DNA of 64,000 nucleotides from Puccinia triticina. Its lineage: Eukaryota. Position numbers and translations under genes: made by a program. The stretch covers positions 3,410,001 through 3,474,000 of the forward strand of contig CP110440.1 of NCBI GenBank assembly GCA_026914245.1, given 5' to 3'. Shown here in pieces: positions 1 to 11,600 of the stretch; position 1 is the first letter of the stretch; the number at the start of each line of letters is the position of its first letter. A model generated the notes under the pieces. The model was not told the DNA's origin. It ran no database searches and saw nothing but the letters and a program-made list of their open reading frames with translations.

Positions 1-1488
1 AGGTGTGCGAGCAGGGCGCGATGAAGAGGGCCTGGCAGACGTTGACGCCGAAGAGACCTGTGTGGGCCCCCTTTGGTCAGCTTTCCTTGTGTGTGTGGGT
101 GTGGAAGGGAGAAGGGAAGACGGACAGATGCAGCAGTCAGAGACCGGCTTCGGAAGGCCCTCGGCGCCCGCCTTGGTGCTCACGTCCTTGGCCGGCTGCC
201 CGGAGGCCGGGGCGGAGGAGCCTTTGGCGCCGAGAGTGCGCAGCTGAGCCAATGCCTGCTGACTGTAGAGCCGAGGATGATCAGCAGGGTAGTGAAGAAG
301 GGGGAGGGAGGTGGGGGGACGTACTTGAAGACGTTTGCCGAGCGCTGCCAGCCGCGGTTAAGCTCGACGCGCATCTTGACGCAGCGGTAGATCTCCTCGG
401 TGCCGCCCTGGTAGTCGACGCCGAGCTGGAGGACGTCGCCGTCTCTGAGCGGGAACGCCCTGGACTCGGAGCCGGGGGGGGAGAGGCGGATGTGGTTGAG
501 GAAGGTGCCGGAGGAGCTCTTGGTGTCTTTGATGAAGAAGGCGCCGGCGGGGTCGGCGAAGATGTCGGCGTGGCCGCGGGAGACCACCTTGGACTTGAAG
601 GCGATCCGGGTATCGGTGGAGGCCGGGGCAAGCGGGCTGCCCCGGTCGGTGAACCGGCCGAGCTTGAGGACCAGCGAGGGCGTCAGCTTGCGCTCGATGG
701 GCTCGAAGTGCAGCGAGCGGGTGGCGTCGAGATGGGGGACGAGGCGGAGCGAGAAGGCTTGTTCGGCCGGTGGTTCGGCCGGTGGATGCATGTGCTCGGC
801 CGTCTGGCTGGGCTGCTGGCTGGGTGGTGCGTGGATGGCTGGTGCTGCTGCTGGTGCTGCTGCTGCTGCTGCTGGGGCCGGTGTTTCTGGGGCGGTGTTA
901 GGCTGGGTGGTCCTGAGCCTGTCGGTGGCCGATCGGAGTACCCTGGGGATCGGCGGGGGCTGGCTGTTCGATCGGCTCGGGGGCTCTCCTGGGGCGTCTT
1001 GGGGGTGGGTGGATGAGCTGGCGGAGGGGGAGAGGATGGCGCTGAGCAGGGTGTTTTCTTTCTTCCTGGATTGGATCCTTCGCAGGCCAGGGAAGTATGG
1101 TTTTGGGATTGCTGCGGAGGAGGATCGTGGTGGATGCTGTTGTTCTTGTTGTTCTTGTTGACCGGATCGTTCTTGTTGACCGGATCGTTCTTGTTGGCCT
1201 GTTCGTTCTTGTTGACCTGTTCGTTCTTGTTGACCGCTTCGATCGGTTCGTTCTGTTCGTTCGGTTCGTGCTTGTTGGGTTCGTGGGTGTGGCTGGGGTG
1301 ATGTGGGTGGGCTTGGTCCGAGTGAGAACTGCATCAAGTTCTCGAGTGGGCTGGGGTGTGTGGTTGTGGCCGTGGCAGTGGCAGTGGGTTGCTGGGTGTT
1401 GATGTTGAGTGGCTGTTTCTTGCGTGTTCGGCTGATGAGGTTGTTGAAGGAGAGGGTGAATCGTGAGTTGTTGGTGTTGTTGTAGGGG

Positions 1489-1533
<45 letters not shown>

Positions 1534-1649
1534 TGGGTTTGGGGTTGGTTGTTTTGTTGGTTCTGGTTGGATTCGCTTGAGGATGCTGATGAGTCTGCGC
1601 TGACCAGTGCGAGTGTCGATCGGTTGTGGAAGAGCGAGGAGAGGGTCAT
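1..1649 (-). CDS. DMA1: Dma1/Chfr-like FHA + RING-H2 E3 ubiquitin ligase (3' end runs off the window); exons 1649-325, 262-126, 57-<1
   Basis: FHA motifs LKLGRFTDR...FKSKVVSRGHA...FIKDTKSSSGTFLNHIRL...DGDVLQLGVDYQGG. Splicing GT-AG introns 324-263 and 125-58 gives DCCICLFGVNVCQALFIAPCSHT (start of a RING). N-terminus is low complexity with poly-N and QQERTG repeats. Confidence 0.9.
1488..1531. repeat. (GTT)n/(AAC)n microsatellite encoding poly-Asn in the Dma1 N-terminus
   Basis: Directly visible trinucleotide run. Confidence 0.95.
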
Positions 1650-2330
1650 CTTCACCCAGCACAGCAGCGTGCTCCTGCTTGGCTATAAAATAGTGTCTGA
1701 GCGGACACCCAGGGCGGGGAAGAAGGGGGAGAAGGCCTTTAAGCCATCCCCACTCTCCCACACACGACAAACAGCCACCCCACACTCTATTTACAGTACA
1801 AATCAACACATACAGCCCAACACGCCACCTCGCCGGAGGAGCAGAATACACCAGAAACACCCCCTCGAAGCCAGGAACACCAAAGAACGGATCCGGGCTC
1901 ACGTGTCTCGTCGGATACGACAGAGACCACGAGTCACTGGGCAAGCCAATCATTGGGGAAGCTTGGACGAACTCCCATTCCGCCATGCCCACTGATTACA
2001 GTCCACCCATTTACACTGTGCAGTGCATCCTACCCTACTGTTGATTTCATCCATTCACCAAAATACATTGTCTTGCTGTTGACAGTTCACAAAGAGAGCT
2101 TGCTGGAAATCTTTACCAAACTTTCATAATCCTTCACAATCCAAATGTTGTATGTTTCCCGCAGAATACAGTCAACAGCTGCACTACAAGAGAAACTCCA
2201 GAAACTGCCAGCAGTGGACGTGTGGCATACTCCCATGTAACTGCCATTGTAACCCCACACAATTATGTACATCATGCTCTTCCATGCATTCAACCTTGGC
2301 TGGAATAACCTTTGAGAAAGGCTCAAGGAT

Positions 2331-3400
2331 TAGAGATGGTACTTTGCACCTGGTTACTCAAGGCGGGTACCTGCCCAAAATTTCCAGAAATTCAGACACC
2401 CACACCCAGCACCTGCTGGCGGGTACCTGCCACGCCAGAAAGGCACCCGCCAACTGGTACCCAGTGCCATCCCTACCCTGTAGAGACAGCACTTTGCAAC
2501 CAGGTTATATACCTGCCTGGAATTTTACTGATATTGGACACCTGCACCTGCACCCGTTTCTGGGTACCTTCTTTTGAAAACAGGTATAGAGATGGCAACT
2601 TTGCACCCTTCGCGGGTACCTGCTATCCGCTGGCGGGTAACCCCCAACGGATGCGGGTCTCTGAGATTCCGTGAAAAAGCCGACGGGTCCCCGGGTAATT
2701 AAATGCACACCCGCAGACACCCGCCCACTTCTTTGACCGGCAGGCCGGATCCCTTCCGGCTGCCAAGGTTGTACAACCTTGGCAGCCAGAAAACTCCTCC
2801 CTGTTGCCAAGGCTATATAACCTCTTCAACCAGGGGGGATTCCTTCTGGTTGCCGGGGCTTTATCTTGGCGACCAGAAGGAAATCCTCCTGGTTGCAGAG
2901 GTTATACAGCCTTGGCGAGCAAGAGAAAATCCTCCTGGTCCGAGAGGTTATATAGCCTTGGTGACCAGAAGGAAAGCCTTCTGGTCGCAGATTTTATACA
3001 TCCTCGGAGACCAAGAGGGAATTCTCCTGGTCACAGAGGCTATACAACATTGGTGACCAGAATTAAATTCCTGGTTGCAGAGGCTACACAACCTCTGCAA
3101 CCAGAAGGCAATATCCTGGTCACAGAGGCTATAAAACCTCTACAACCAGGCGGCAATATCCTGGTCGCAGAAGCTATACAACCTCTGCAACCAGAAGAAA
3201 ATTCTCCTGGTTGCAGAGGTCATAATGAAACCAGAAGGGTTTCCTTCTGGTCGCCGAAGCCATAAGGCCTCTTTGAGCGGAAGGGATTGCTTCTGGTCGC
3301 CAAGGCAGGGGCAGGTACCCGCGGATATCCACACGGGTCCCCGCGGATATCCACACGAGTACCCGCCCAGGCAGGCAGGTACCCGCCAACAAGTGCGGAT
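2331..3400 (+). mobile_element. Truncated non-autonomous hAT-like element(s) with internal 45-46 bp hairpin repeats
   Basis: TAGAGATGG(T/C)A termini at 2331 and 2587, reiterated GGTACC(C/T)GC/GCGGGTA subterminal motifs, and a degenerate tandem unit CCTGGTTGCAGAGG...CCTCTGCAACCAG (3070, 3115, 3160). No matching right end found. Confidence 0.5.
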
Positions 3401-3883
3401 GTCAGGAATTGGCCAAACAGACCAGCAAGAAGGGACTTACACTGTGTACACCCTGGCTTGCGTGGGCAGTCAGCTGCTGATGATCCTTGAATTGTTTCAG
3501 GCACAGAAAACATCTCATTGATCTATATTCACCAAAATGATTTACTGGCCAGTGGCATGCTGGTCAACTTAGGTGGTTGTCTGGCTAGGAAGATGAAGGG
3601 GACATTGGTCAACTTGGGTGGTTGTCCGGCTAGGAAGATGAGGTGCATGACAAAATAGTGGTCAAGGCTGGTCAACATGGTCAACAGCCAGTTTGTGGGG
3701 TCTTTTGCAAGGGGTCCGGCTGGGAAAATTGGGTGCACAAGGATACGGCAGATGCTGGTCAACTTGCATGGTTGTTGGGCTAGGAACATTGGGAGCAGGA
3801 TGGGTTTGGCGAGATCAGTGGGATCTTTCCCCTTCAGATGGAGTGTAATTGACTTTCACCCAGAGGCCACCCCATCTTACAAG

Positions 3884-5589
3884 GGTGTGCCAAAGCACAC
3901 TCCGTAATAGGAGTGTGCCAAAGCACACTCCGTAATAGGAGTGTGCCAAAGCACACTCCGTAATAGGAGTGTGCCAAAGCACACTCCGTAATAGGAGTGT
4001 GCCAAAGCACACTCCGTAATAGGAGTGTGCCAAAGCACACTCCGTAATAGGAGTGTGCCAAAGCACACTCCGTAATAGGAGTGTGCCAAAGCACACTCCG
4101 TAATAGGAGTGTGCCAAAGCACACTCCGTAATAGGAGTGTGCCAAAGCACACTCCGTAATAGGAGTGTGCCAAAGCACACTCCGTAATAGGAGTGTGCCA
4201 AAGCACACTCCGTAATAGGAGTGTGCCAAAGCACACTCCGTAATAGGAGTGTGCCAAAGCACACTCCGTAATAGGAGTGTGCCAAAGCACACTCCGTAAT
4301 AGGAGTGTGCCAAAGCACACTCCGTAATAGGAGTGTGCCAAAGCACACTCCGTAATAGGAGTGTGCCAAAGCACACTCCGTAATAGGAGTGTGCCAAAGC
4401 ACACTCCGTAATAGGAGTGTGCCAAAGCACACTCCGTAATAGGAGTGTGCCAAAGCACACTCCGTAATAGGAGTGTGCCAAAGCACACTCCGTAATAGGA
4501 GTGTGCCAAAGCACACTCCGTAATAGGAGTGTGCCAAAGCACACTCCGTAATAGGAGTGTGCCAAAGCACACTCCGTAATAGGAGTGTGCCAAAGCACAC
4601 TCCGTAATAGGAGTGTGCCAAAGCACACTCCGTAATAGGAGTGTGCCAAAGCACACTCCGTAATAGGAGTGTGCCAAAGCACACTCCGTAATAGGAGTGT
4701 GCCAAAGCACACTCCGTAATAGGAGTGTGCCAAAGCACACTCCGTAATAGGAGTGTGCCAAAGCACACTCCGTAATAGGAGTGTGCCAAAGCACACTCCG
4801 TAATAGGAGTGTGCCAAAGCACACTCCGTAATAGGAGTGTGCCAAAGCACACTCCGTAATAGGAGTGTGCCAAAGCACACTCCGTAATAGGAGTGTGCCA
4901 AAGCACACTCCGTAATAGGAGTGTGCCAAAGCACACTCCGTAATAGGAGTGTGCCAAAGCACACTCCGTAATAGGAGTGTGCCAAAGCACACTCCGTAAT
5001 AGGAGTGTGCCAAAGCACACTCCGTAATAGGAGTGTGCCAAAGCACACTCCGTAATAGGAGTGTGCCAAAGCACACTCCGTAATAGGAGTGTGCCAAAGC
5101 ACACTCCGTAATAGGAGTGTGCCAAAGCACACTCCGTAATAGGAGTGTGCCAAAGCACACTCCGTAATAGGAGTGTGCCAAAGCACACTCCGTAATAGGA
5201 GTGTGCCAAAGCACACTCCGTAATGTGTGCCAAAGCACACTCCGTAATAGAAGTGTGCCAAAGCACACTCCATAATAGGAGTGTGCCAAAGCACACTCTG
5301 TTATAGGAGTGTGCCAAAGCACACTCCGTAATAGGAGTGTGCCAAAGCACACTCTGTTATAGGAGTGTGCCAAAGCACACTCCGTAATAGGAGTGTGCCA
5401 AAGCACACTCTGTTATAGGAGTGTGCCAAAGCACACTCCGTAATAGGAGTGTGCCAAAGCACACTCTGTTATAGGAGTGTGCCAAAGCACACTCCGTAAT
5501 AGGAGTGTGCCAAAGCACACTCTGTTATAGGAGTGTGCCAAAGCACACTCCGTAATAGGAGTGTGCCAAAGCACACTCCGTGATAGGAG
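3884..5589. repeat. 28-bp tandem satellite (GGAGTGTGC-CAAA-GCACACTCC-GTAATA), about 60 copies
   Basis: Near-perfect tandem array; each unit contains a 9-bp inverted repeat; variant units only at the 3' end. Confidence 0.98.
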
Positions 5590-5905
5590 CTATTTAACAG
5601 CCAATGCATTTGAAACCCCAGTCTTCTTCTTCTCAACTATTCAATCTTATCACTTCTTCCCTCATTTCTCTCCCCCCAACAACAATGACCCTATATGCTT
5701 TGCCTTAATACCGCACCTGAAACATTTTGTCACACTTGAGATGAAGGAACCACCAGATATCCCAATACCTGGACTCAACCTTGTATCCTGTGCAAAACAA
5801 ATCCCAAAAGTTATACTTTGCTCTGGGAAGAAAAGTTCTCAAGTTTTCTTAACAATGCTAGAAATGTGCAATCAAACATTTCTCCTTGATCATTCTTTAT
5901 ACTAG
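5590..5905 (+). pseudogene. C-terminal fragment of a MULE-type OTU-like domain
   Basis: LTANAFETPVFFFST...FFPHFSPPNNNDPICFALIPHLKHFVTL aligns by eye with LLANTYNRPVFYFST...FLPHFSPPNNSPPIFIGFIPDQQHFVAL of ORF 22221-22901. Confidence 0.75.
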
Positions 5906-5994
5906 TTCAGACTCCATCCTCCCTTTGTACACATCAATATCTTTCAAGTGAATGCAGAGTATATACTACCAGGACAAATAAACCATCACTTGAT

Positions 5995-7114
5995 GTCAGC
6001 CTAAAGCGCCCCTTTTAGCGCAGCGCAGCCAGTACCCGCTACATGCCCCTCCCAAAAAGCTGTAGCGCAGCCATAAAACGCTGTGCTACAGCTAAATTTA
6101 CCTCACTGGTGCTTTTTCTCCAGGGGAAAAAGCGCAAGCACAGCGCAAAAAGCCGCGCTTTGGCTACAATATAGTGCAGCGCAGTGCCAACGCGCTTTAT
6201 TTGCGCTATCTGAGTGCTACATGCGCTTTTACGCTACAAAGGCATAGGCCCGCAGCAGCCCCACTGCGGTAGAGGTTTCTCCCAGAGGCAGGGGCTACAT
6301 GTGGCCTTCCTTGTATGTATATGGACATTCAGATTATGGGCCTGTATCATAGGGCTTGAAAATTGAAATTTTCCAAATTTATTTGCTTCAAAATTTCTTG
6401 GGACAAAAACTGAGCCTGGCTGAAATATAGGCTTGAGCCCAAATGTGAATAATTGAAACATTGGAACCCTCTGCTAGTTTTCAATTTTGGTGTTCAGAAC
6501 AAAAAAAGTTGAAATTTTTCAAAATTGAGGCCCATGGTACAGGCCCTATATATACATACCCCTTGCTCACCCACAGCCGCTCATCCACACCCACCATCTC
6601 CGGCGGTTGGCGGAATATGTGGCTGCGTGGCGAGGTTAGGATGGAAGGGGATTTTTTAAACTGTCAGAAGATCATTGATGCGGCTCATGAGAACCCAAAA
6701 TCCAATGTTGCACAAAAGAAGAACAATAACGCGGCTGCTAAGTTAAAAAAGTTATAATTTCATTTCATTACTACTGATGCTCTCTACTCTTGCTTCAAAT
6801 AAAAAATGTCAAAAAAAAAAAAAGTCTTTTTTTTCTTTTATTTTTCCACTTAGCACCAAAAATAGATAAAAAAAAGCTACTTTCTCCCCCACCCACAAAA
6901 TAAGTGCTACAAAATAGTGTAGCGCGCTTTTTATAGCTTAGCGCAGTGCTTTTGCGCTATAATATGGCTAAGAATAGCCGCTAAAAATTTGAAAAGCTAT
7001 ACACTCGTACCAACAAGGCGCAAGGGCAGCCAATATGAGCTACAAAATAGCGCAGCGAAGCCGGGCCAAAAAGCACCGCGCTGCGCTACGCGTAGCCAAA
7101 GCCTTTCACCATTG
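5995..7114. mobile_element. Degenerate MITE-like element rich in AGCGC/GCGCT/GCTAC motifs
   Basis: Motif clusters at both ends; right end TTTCACCATTG resembles the CAA(C/T) MITE terminus; left end not clean. Confidence 0.4.
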
Positions 7115-7889
7115 CGTCAGGTGACATTTGGAGCTGCATGCAGTCTGCTCTTCTCACAGGCTGGTATGCACTTATGAGTGCCCATTCACTCAACAACCAG
7201 CCTGACCTTTTGGTCAACTTATATCCCGGAAACCAGTATAATTCACCCAATACATTGAAGGAATACAATTATTTTGATGAAAAAAATGCTGATATGGATG
7301 GATCTGGATGACAGACAATGCTTGAAGGAAGTGAGTTATCAGATGCTTCTGATGAGGAAGGCAATGTGACCATCTACATGAGCAAACCAGACTCAGATAC
7401 TTGCAAGGGTGCACATCAAGACAATGACAATGACAACAATGAAGGCAATGATCATCATGAAAACAAGGACTTGGACATGTGTATTGCTGACCGTTGAGTA
7501 TGCAATGAAATTTTAATGTTGGTCTGTTTTCATTTTTTTTACTCTTGTCTCAGCTGAATGTGTTTCTGGGCCTGAAGATTTCTTATGTTTTCAGTTAGAA
7601 AATTTCTTATGTTGACTGATTTAGGCCTCAATCATTGGAGAGTGCCACCGACCTTGACAAAGAAGCTTGTAATCTGATGAATTTCTTGAGCTCCACTGCC
7701 ACAAATTTGGTCCACCAGGAGGATATGATCTAATGATCAGGGCTGGGGCTTGAGTTGAGATAGAAGAGAAATCAGAGGTCAAAGATGGGGGCTTGTTCAC
7801 CAATTGACGTCATACAGCCAGTGATGGCTTTGAAGGTGTTGAATTTGGTGAAAAGTTAGTAATCTAAACTGGAGGCATTAAATTCATCA

Positions 7890-8138
7890 GCCTTTTGGGC
7901 TGCACCCCCCCCCCCCCCCCCCCCCCCCCATAGGTGCAACACCAGTGTGCCTTTTGGGCTGCACACCCCCCCATAGGTGCAACACCGGTGTGCTTTTTGG
8001 GCTGCACCCCCCCCCCCCCCATAGGTGCAACAACCATAAAGTGCTTGCTCACTACAACATCTACCCATTGCAACCCCAATGGTGGGCCACTTAAACTTAG
8101 CATAGCAGTGCGACCAGGGGCCATGTTTTCCTGTAGTG
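7890..8138. mobile_element. Possible CACTA element end with three ~45-55 bp subterminal repeats (TTTTGGGCTGCAC-polyC-ATAGGTGCAAC)
   Basis: Reverse complement at 8138 reads CACTACAGGAAAACA; three repeat copies at 7890-8030; other end not found. Confidence 0.35.
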
Positions 8139-8626
8139 TTATTGGGCCTTTACACCACTGAAACCAAGCTGTGGCATAAATTTTTCTCCCATGCTAACAC
8201 TTTTTTTAGTGTTGGTGTCCCCTCCTACGCTAATGGTTAGTGTAGCAGGATGGGGAGTCATGGATTTTTGCTCCCCCCAAAGCATAGCAGAAAGGTTTTC
8301 CTGCTACACTATATGGATGGAGAAACTGGGCCAAAACAACATTCCAGTTTTTTTTCCCATGTTTGCTTGACTTTAGGAAAAAACTGGGTTGTTATTTCTG
8401 CCCAGTTTCATCCCTGCAGCTGCATGAGGACAACTTGTGCTTATTTCTATCTTACTAGTGTTAGTGGGCAAATCAGGCTGCTAACCCTAGCGCTGCCATA
8501 GCGCAGCTTGAGAAGGCTAACACCACACTAAGCTAGCATTAATGTTGGTGTAGCTGGCCCAGCATTGGCAGTACCCAGGACTCAATTCTGGAATGCCTCA
8601 AGAAAAATTGCATTAAGTATGGGTCA

Positions 8627-11600
8627 TAAAAAGTTTCACAATACTAAGAGCGTTTATTTCATGGTTAGAATGAGGTTGGTTCATCTGACAAGCTCAGAGA
8701 CAGAGAAAGAAATAAACAAGTCATGTACCTAAGAGCGGAACTATTGCCGGCTCTGGTATGAGATAGAATAATAATGAGAAAAGACTGCTATGGCAGCTAG
8801 GACCACGAGATCGTGGGGAGAGGACTACTGTCTGGGATGCGCAACTGTGTTCTGCATCAGTGCCTGAACTTTTGGTGCGAAAGCTAAAGAGATGATGTTT
8901 ATCTCTTACTTGTGCTCGTTCAGGCTTGGTACTTTAACGTCCGCCGATACGAGTGAGAAGCGTGCCGGGACTGCTACGGTCTGTTATTGTAACAGATCTC
9001 TATATCAGTGACCGGCTACGCTTTGATGACTCTGCATCGAAGGACTTACCACTCGTTGAGGTGGAAATCCTTTCGATGAGGCTGGAACCGATTCGGTCTG
9101 AGTTGGCGTCGGGCAAATGCTTGCTGTAATTAGAACATTGTTCTTTTAATCAACAGCTCGCTCCTCGGCTTATGACGAACCCAAGGAGCACAGCTTACCT
9201 ATTCGGTGTTGTGCTTCTCTTGGGACGTTTAGGCTCTTCGTTGGATGTAGACGTGGCTAGAAGGAGAGGAACAAAGTTTCAGCTTCTCGCCTACTCCTAT
9301 TGTCTGAGAGTCTCATGCATATGCATGGACCTGGGGGTCGCGCGGACTCACCATTCCCCCTTGCGGGGTTAGGGTTTCGCTCCTTGCGCTTCCTTTGCTC
9401 TGGGGCAAGCCCTGAGTCTTGACATCCCGCCATGCTTCGATCCGGTAGGGTTGAAGCAACTTGAGACAAAGGCTTGATGCTGATGATTTCAAGGGCTCTT
9501 TGTATAGTGACTCTGCCGACCGGTTTGGTGAGAAAGTCGGCAGCGTTTGCCTCAGAGCGGATGTAGCTTAGCCGAATGAGCTGTCTAATGATAAGTTCGC
9601 GGACAAAGTGAAGACGGATCGACATATGTTTTGTGCGAAAACTGTTTTGTGAGGTTTCGCTTTTAGCCAAGTCGATGGCTCCCTTGTTATCGACTAGGAC
9701 TTCAATGTTGCGCGGTTCCGGTTGAATCTTAACTTCCAATAGCAGATTGGATAACCAGGCTAGTTCCCGACCTAGGTCCGACAAGGCTTTGTATTCAGCC
9801 TCTGTTGTTGACAACGACACCGTGGCTTGCTTTGACGATTTCCAAGCTATGAGGTGAGATCCCGCCATGATTGCAAAGCCAGTGGAGGATCGGCGTGTAT
9901 CGGGACAGTTTCCCCAATCCGCGTCAACGTATGCCTTTAATGCGATGTCGGCGCTTTTCAGATAGGTTAGGCCAAGAGTCTTCGTTCCCGCCAGATACCG
10001 ATAGACCTGGATGGCTGCCTGATAGTGCAGTATGCCAGGGCTCTCTAGATATTGAGACAACGAACTAACCGCGTACGCTATGTTGGGTTGAGTTAATACG
10101 CTTAAGTAATTGAGCGAGCCTATCAACGCTTGATAGTTGACACCGGTCTTCCTGAACTCAGCTATCTCTTGAACAGTCGGCTTCTTTAGGTAAGCTTTTG
10201 GATTGAGTGGACAGGAGGCCGGGTGAAGCTTGTCGAGCCCAAATTCCTCCAGCTTTCGCTCGATGAACTGCGATTGGTTAATGTGGACGCCTTTCTCCGT
10301 TCGCTCGATGTTCATTCCTAGAAGGAATTTCGCCTCGCCCATGTACTTGATCTTGAACTCCGCCTCCATCTCTTCCTTAAATAGGAGCGGTTGCTTGCTG
10401 ATGAAGACTAGGTCATCTACGTGCGCGTAGACAAAGGTGTCCGCTCTCCCTGGAACTCCGCAGCGGTAGAAGACACAAGGATCGGCAATCGAGATAGAGA
10501 AGCCTATCTTTTTCAAGTAGTTCGATAGCCGGTTATACCACACCAACGGCGCTTGCCTCAGACCGTATATCGCTTTTTTTAGATCCAGTACGGAGTTAGG
10601 CGGCATATCGAGCCCGGGAGGCGGAAGGAGCGTGACTTTGTCCTCAAGGGGACAAGTAAGGAAAGCGCTCCTTACATCGAGTTGATGAATCTCCAGTCCG
10701 TGATTGACCGCAAAAGAGACAAGCAACCTTAATGAGCATGGTCGCCCCGTGGGTGCGTAGCGCGCCTCGTAGTTCAGTCCATACGTTTGTCTGAAGCCTT
10801 GAGCACAGATTCTGGCCTTGAACTCAGTCACCTTGTTGTCTGGACCCAGCTTCTTCCGAAAGGCCCAAGTGGCCGGGATTGGCGCATCTTCCGGTTCACG
10901 GCGCCGCTGTAGCCACACGTCGTGTTGAATCATGTTTGCAACTTCCTTCAATTCGGCCTTTTTCCAGTTAAGTGACTCAGCTGAGTTCATTGCTTGACAA
11001 TGATTTTGAGGCTCCGACACTGCTGTTGCATGATACATTTGACGTTGGCTGTAGTTCCGAATGTTAGCCGGGTCGATGTCACTGGTGATTAAAGTGGGAT
11101 GTTGAGGGCCGATAATCTTCAGACGGGGAAGTGATGTTGGTTGCGGAGGATGTTGCTGTTGATTTACGCCGGCCATGGCTTCCTCAGCGTCTTCTTGGCG
11201 TTCTTCATGTTCACGGTCCTCATCGCCTAGCTGCGGGCCAGGCGCCAGCTCCCCTAGTACCCTTTCAATGTCTTCTTCTTCCTCACGGTCCTCATTTTCG
11301 TCCCGTTGCAGTTCATTTAGTTCATCCTCCTCGGTGAAAGGCAAAGGGTCCTCTTCGGTAAAAGCCGGTAATTTATCGATTCCGAAGACATTGTAGCTCT
11401 TGCTCATCGCAGGACAGACAGGAAAGGTCGACTCATCAAAGTGGACATGTTTTGATGTCACGAAGGACTTGTCATCCGGTCGAAATATCCGGTAAGACGT
11501 AAAGTCGTTGTCATAGCCCAACATTATCCCGTCCCAAGCTATTGGACCGAATTTGATCCCACGATTTTGCTTTGGTTTTACAATCCATGCACGACATCCG

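Noticed and set aside
3..1992. Overlapping ORFs around DMA1 (337, 223, 364 aa) and antisense ORFs over 30-31.5 kb and HIS4
   Set aside because: Shadow frames of GC-rich or low-complexity coding sequence
3815..5406. Long ORFs of 486-511 aa (and similar ORFs at 17770-20438)
   Set aside because: Translations of a 28-bp repeat that lacks stops on one strand; the same peptide appears in all three frames
3884..5589. CRISPR array
   Set aside because: Palindromic repeats but only 6-nt, essentially invariant spacers; no cas genes; eukaryotic context. The same applies to 16638-21010.
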